IMG/VR virus record: IMGVR_UViG_2531839450_000009
Origin: a virus
Lineage: Duplodnaviria; Heunggongvirae; Uroviricota; Caudoviricetes
Direction: 5' to 3' (one strand)
Length of the DNA stretch: 30,601 bases
The notes below the pieces were generated by a model. The model was not told the origin of the DNA. It was given only the letters and a program-made list of their open reading frames with translations, and searched no databases. This document shows, piece by piece, positions 29,555 through 30,601 of this stretch. The first letter of the stretch is position 1. Each line of letters opens with the position of its first letter. The position numbers and the translations under genes were made by a program.

Positions 29555-29913
29555 GAGTTGCAGATCACATCAAACACCTTGAAAGAATTATCGAAAACGG
29601 TGAACTCTTAAGAGATCAGATGAGACGCACGGCAGAAGTCAGAGAGGCGATAATCCGCAGTCAGGCTGGTAAATTAAAGCAATTGTCAGAGATTAACGCG
29701 CTATACAAGAACAGACGTAACCGGGCGGCGCTTCGGCTTCAGAAAGCACGTAATGAAATTAAATTGGTGGAGGCAAAACTGAAAAAACAGATTCAGCGTT
29801 ACGATCAGCAAGATGCTTTTTATGCCGCCATCAAGGCGGCTGCTAATGAAATAGGCATCTGGAAGTTGCTGGTGGAGAAAGCAAAGACGAAGTTAAATGC
29901 CAACGAAAGCTGA
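29551..29913 (+). CDS. hypothetical basic coiled-coil protein (120 aa)
   Basis: ORF track; Lys/Arg-rich heptad-like sequence; last gene of the plus-strand accessory operon. Confidence 0.45.
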   Translation: MRVADHIKHLERIIENGELLRDQMRRTAEVREAIIRSQAGKLKQLSEINALYKNRRNRAALRLQKARNEIKLVEAKLKKQIQRYDQQDAFYAAIKAAANEIGIWKLLVEKAKTKLNANES

Positions 29914-29987
29914 ACTACAGGTACCCACCAGCACATACAGAAAATGATTGTTTCCACATCAAGGAGATTTTAATGTTTCACTGAACA

Positions 29988-30125
29988 TTAAGTAAGCCAG
30001 TGCATAATTCCATTTTTTACTGACCTTAAAAGCAAAATCAAAACGATGATGAGGATGATCGCCAGAATCTGGCTAATAACAGGCGCATCTAAAAATGCAC
30101 TCAGGAACTGAAAAAAAGCAGTCAT
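29988..30125 (-). CDS. small hydrophobic peptide (45 aa), candidate membrane toxin-like protein
   Basis: Minus-strand ATG at 30125 with AGGAA about 10 nt upstream. Hand translation MTAFFQFLSAFLDAPVISQILAIILIIVLILLLRSVKNGIMHWLT, one predicted TM helix. Below the ORF-track size cutoff. Confidence 0.35.
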   Translation of the reverse strand: MTAFFQFLSAFLDAPVISQILAIILIIVLILLLRSVKNGIMHWLT

Positions 30126-30601
30126 TAAGGTGGTTCCTTGTCAAATGTAAAGGAGCACTTGCTCACGTTGACGTAGAAACCCAACCCCTATATAGTTGGA
30201 TTCGGTGAAAGAAAGTCGTTAACGTGAGCTTACGGCACATGTTTTCGGAACAACATCAGGGAACGGCTAATTCCTTGATGCGGATGGGGTCTGTAATGCA
30301 GACCCTATCTATTAACGTCATGATTGCATCTCAAATTTTCTCCTTATCTTCAATTAATCTACATTCATTTCATCTGTTAGCCACCACAATATGTAGAAAA
30401 TGGCCCTCTTGCAAGTGCATAACTTTGTGGATAACTCAGGAAGGAAAAAGTGGCTTTCGCGCACCTTCGGTCAGACAAGGTGTCCGGGAAAGTCAACGCA
30501 AAGAAAAAAATTGTTAAAAATAACGTTTGTTGGAATTGTATATTTTTATCCCCTTCAATGGTTAGCATTCTATTAACATCTTTTTAGAGACAGAAAAACA
30601 T

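Noticed and set aside
30377-30568. Minus-strand ORF 30377..30568 (63 aa) at the window end
   Set aside because: No ribosome-binding site and an odd composition; more likely part of a regulatory region, or the real gene starts beyond the window end.

Overview
The window reads as a segment of a P1-like temperate phage-plasmid of Enterobacteriaceae. I found no single clear-cut novel system; the strongest candidate is a 1.4-kb ORF-poor stretch of paralogous hairpin RNAs between dmt and tciA. Identifications rest on motif recognition and my memory of P1 biology; no database search was possible. Coordinates anchored to the ORF track are exact; all others are approximate (+/- 2 nt). Layout: (1) minus-strand plasmid maintenance module: parB (cut by the window edge), parA, incA iterons, repA, oriR with incC iterons, a GATC cluster and DnaA boxes. 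(2) a minus-strand operon of five small genes (PAAR-like, 263-aa, TM coiled-coil protein with an overlapping lipoprotein gene, 130-aa). (3) a plus-strand operon: small ORF, RdgC homolog, bifunctional Dmt methyltransferase. (4) the ORF-poor hairpin region with a tRNA remnant. (5) TerB-like tciA, two tiny membrane ORFs, an intact tRNA-Ile(CAU), DnaB-family helicase Ban and a GT4-like glycosyltransferase. (6) a minus-strand structural-looking operon (gpV-like spike, SWIM-finger protein). (7) a long plus-strand accessory region with two nuclease-fold proteins, a lambda-type Ser/Thr phosphatase, a HAD phosphatase, paralogous GSGPS-motif proteins and several tiny hydrophobic ORFs. A recurring 17-bp ATTGCTCTAATAA box matches the C1 repressor operator consensus as I recall it.
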